Both the position numbers and the translations under genes were made by a program. Positions 63,554-64,000 of a stretch of DNA of 64,000 nt are shown one piece after another; positions within the stretch are counted from its first letter, which is position 1; every line of letters starts with the position of its first letter. Below the pieces are notes generated by a model, which worked only from the letters and a program-made list of their open reading frames with translations, did not search any database and was not told the origin of the DNA. Source of the DNA: Lingula anatina (taxonomy: Eukaryota > Animalia > Brachiopoda); contig CM120648.1 in the NCBI GenBank assembly GCA_051362555.1, positions 17,356,587-17,420,586 on the forward strand. The letters run 5' to 3'.

Positions 63554-64000
63554 TGGGCAGCCTCACAGAATGGGACACGCCTAGAAAGAGTCTAAAATGC
63601 AGTGCCGATGTTCACAACTGGCTCAGAGAGGAGGGGGTGCTTATGTCAACTCACTCTCCCTCCATTCAGTCAACGTCGGCAGCTTTTGAGGGTTGAGATG
63701 ACATAGGTGCCCATATCAGTCGTCTTGGTCCTGAAAACACTGATGATGATAGCAGGTTGTCCTGTCGTGATAAGCCGGAACTGATCTCCGGTCCCAGAGG
63801 GGCACTAATTCAGGAATAGCGTGTAGAACGCTCACGATGACCTCAATTGAACCCTGAAGTGACCGAACTAAATATACCTCACAAGTGCCATTTTTGGCGT
63901 TCAGATATTTTGTCATATTCGATGGGGATACGCCCTGTGTTCACAGTGCACTATTGAGAATGAAATGAGACGATTTTCTTCACATATTCACACGAGTACA

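Overview
AT-rich, intron-containing invertebrate animal genomic DNA, not prokaryotic; the taxon cannot be fixed from the sequence. Three protein-coding genes can be reconstructed by hand from GT/AG splice sites with consistent phases. (1) The last ten coding exons of a DCAF17 orthologue (+, 235..13018). (2, 3) A tail-to-tail pair of four-exon Hairy/E(spl) (HES) bHLH-Orange-WRPW genes (+ 29563..35657; - 44890..43011). The + gene has a paired Su(H) site in its promoter. The - gene has a TATA/CCAAT/Su(H) promoter and both miR-9-5p and Brd-box sites in its 3' UTR. The non-coding space holds several unusual mobile structures: a 1.66-kb fold-back Tc1 element made of two head-to-head transposase 3' halves inside a DCAF17 intron; a ~5.7-kb element with AACCGAGGAC subterminal motifs that splits a (CA)n microsatellite and carries nested MITEs and a higher-order tandem repeat; and a young non-coding LTR retroelement (identical 258-bp LTRs, tRNA-Ala PBS, twin GACG-tetraloop hairpins) lying between the arms of an unexplained ~323-bp inverted duplication. 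There is also a perfect 80-bp palindrome, several MITEs and microsatellites. No gene was recognised in 45.6-64 kb.
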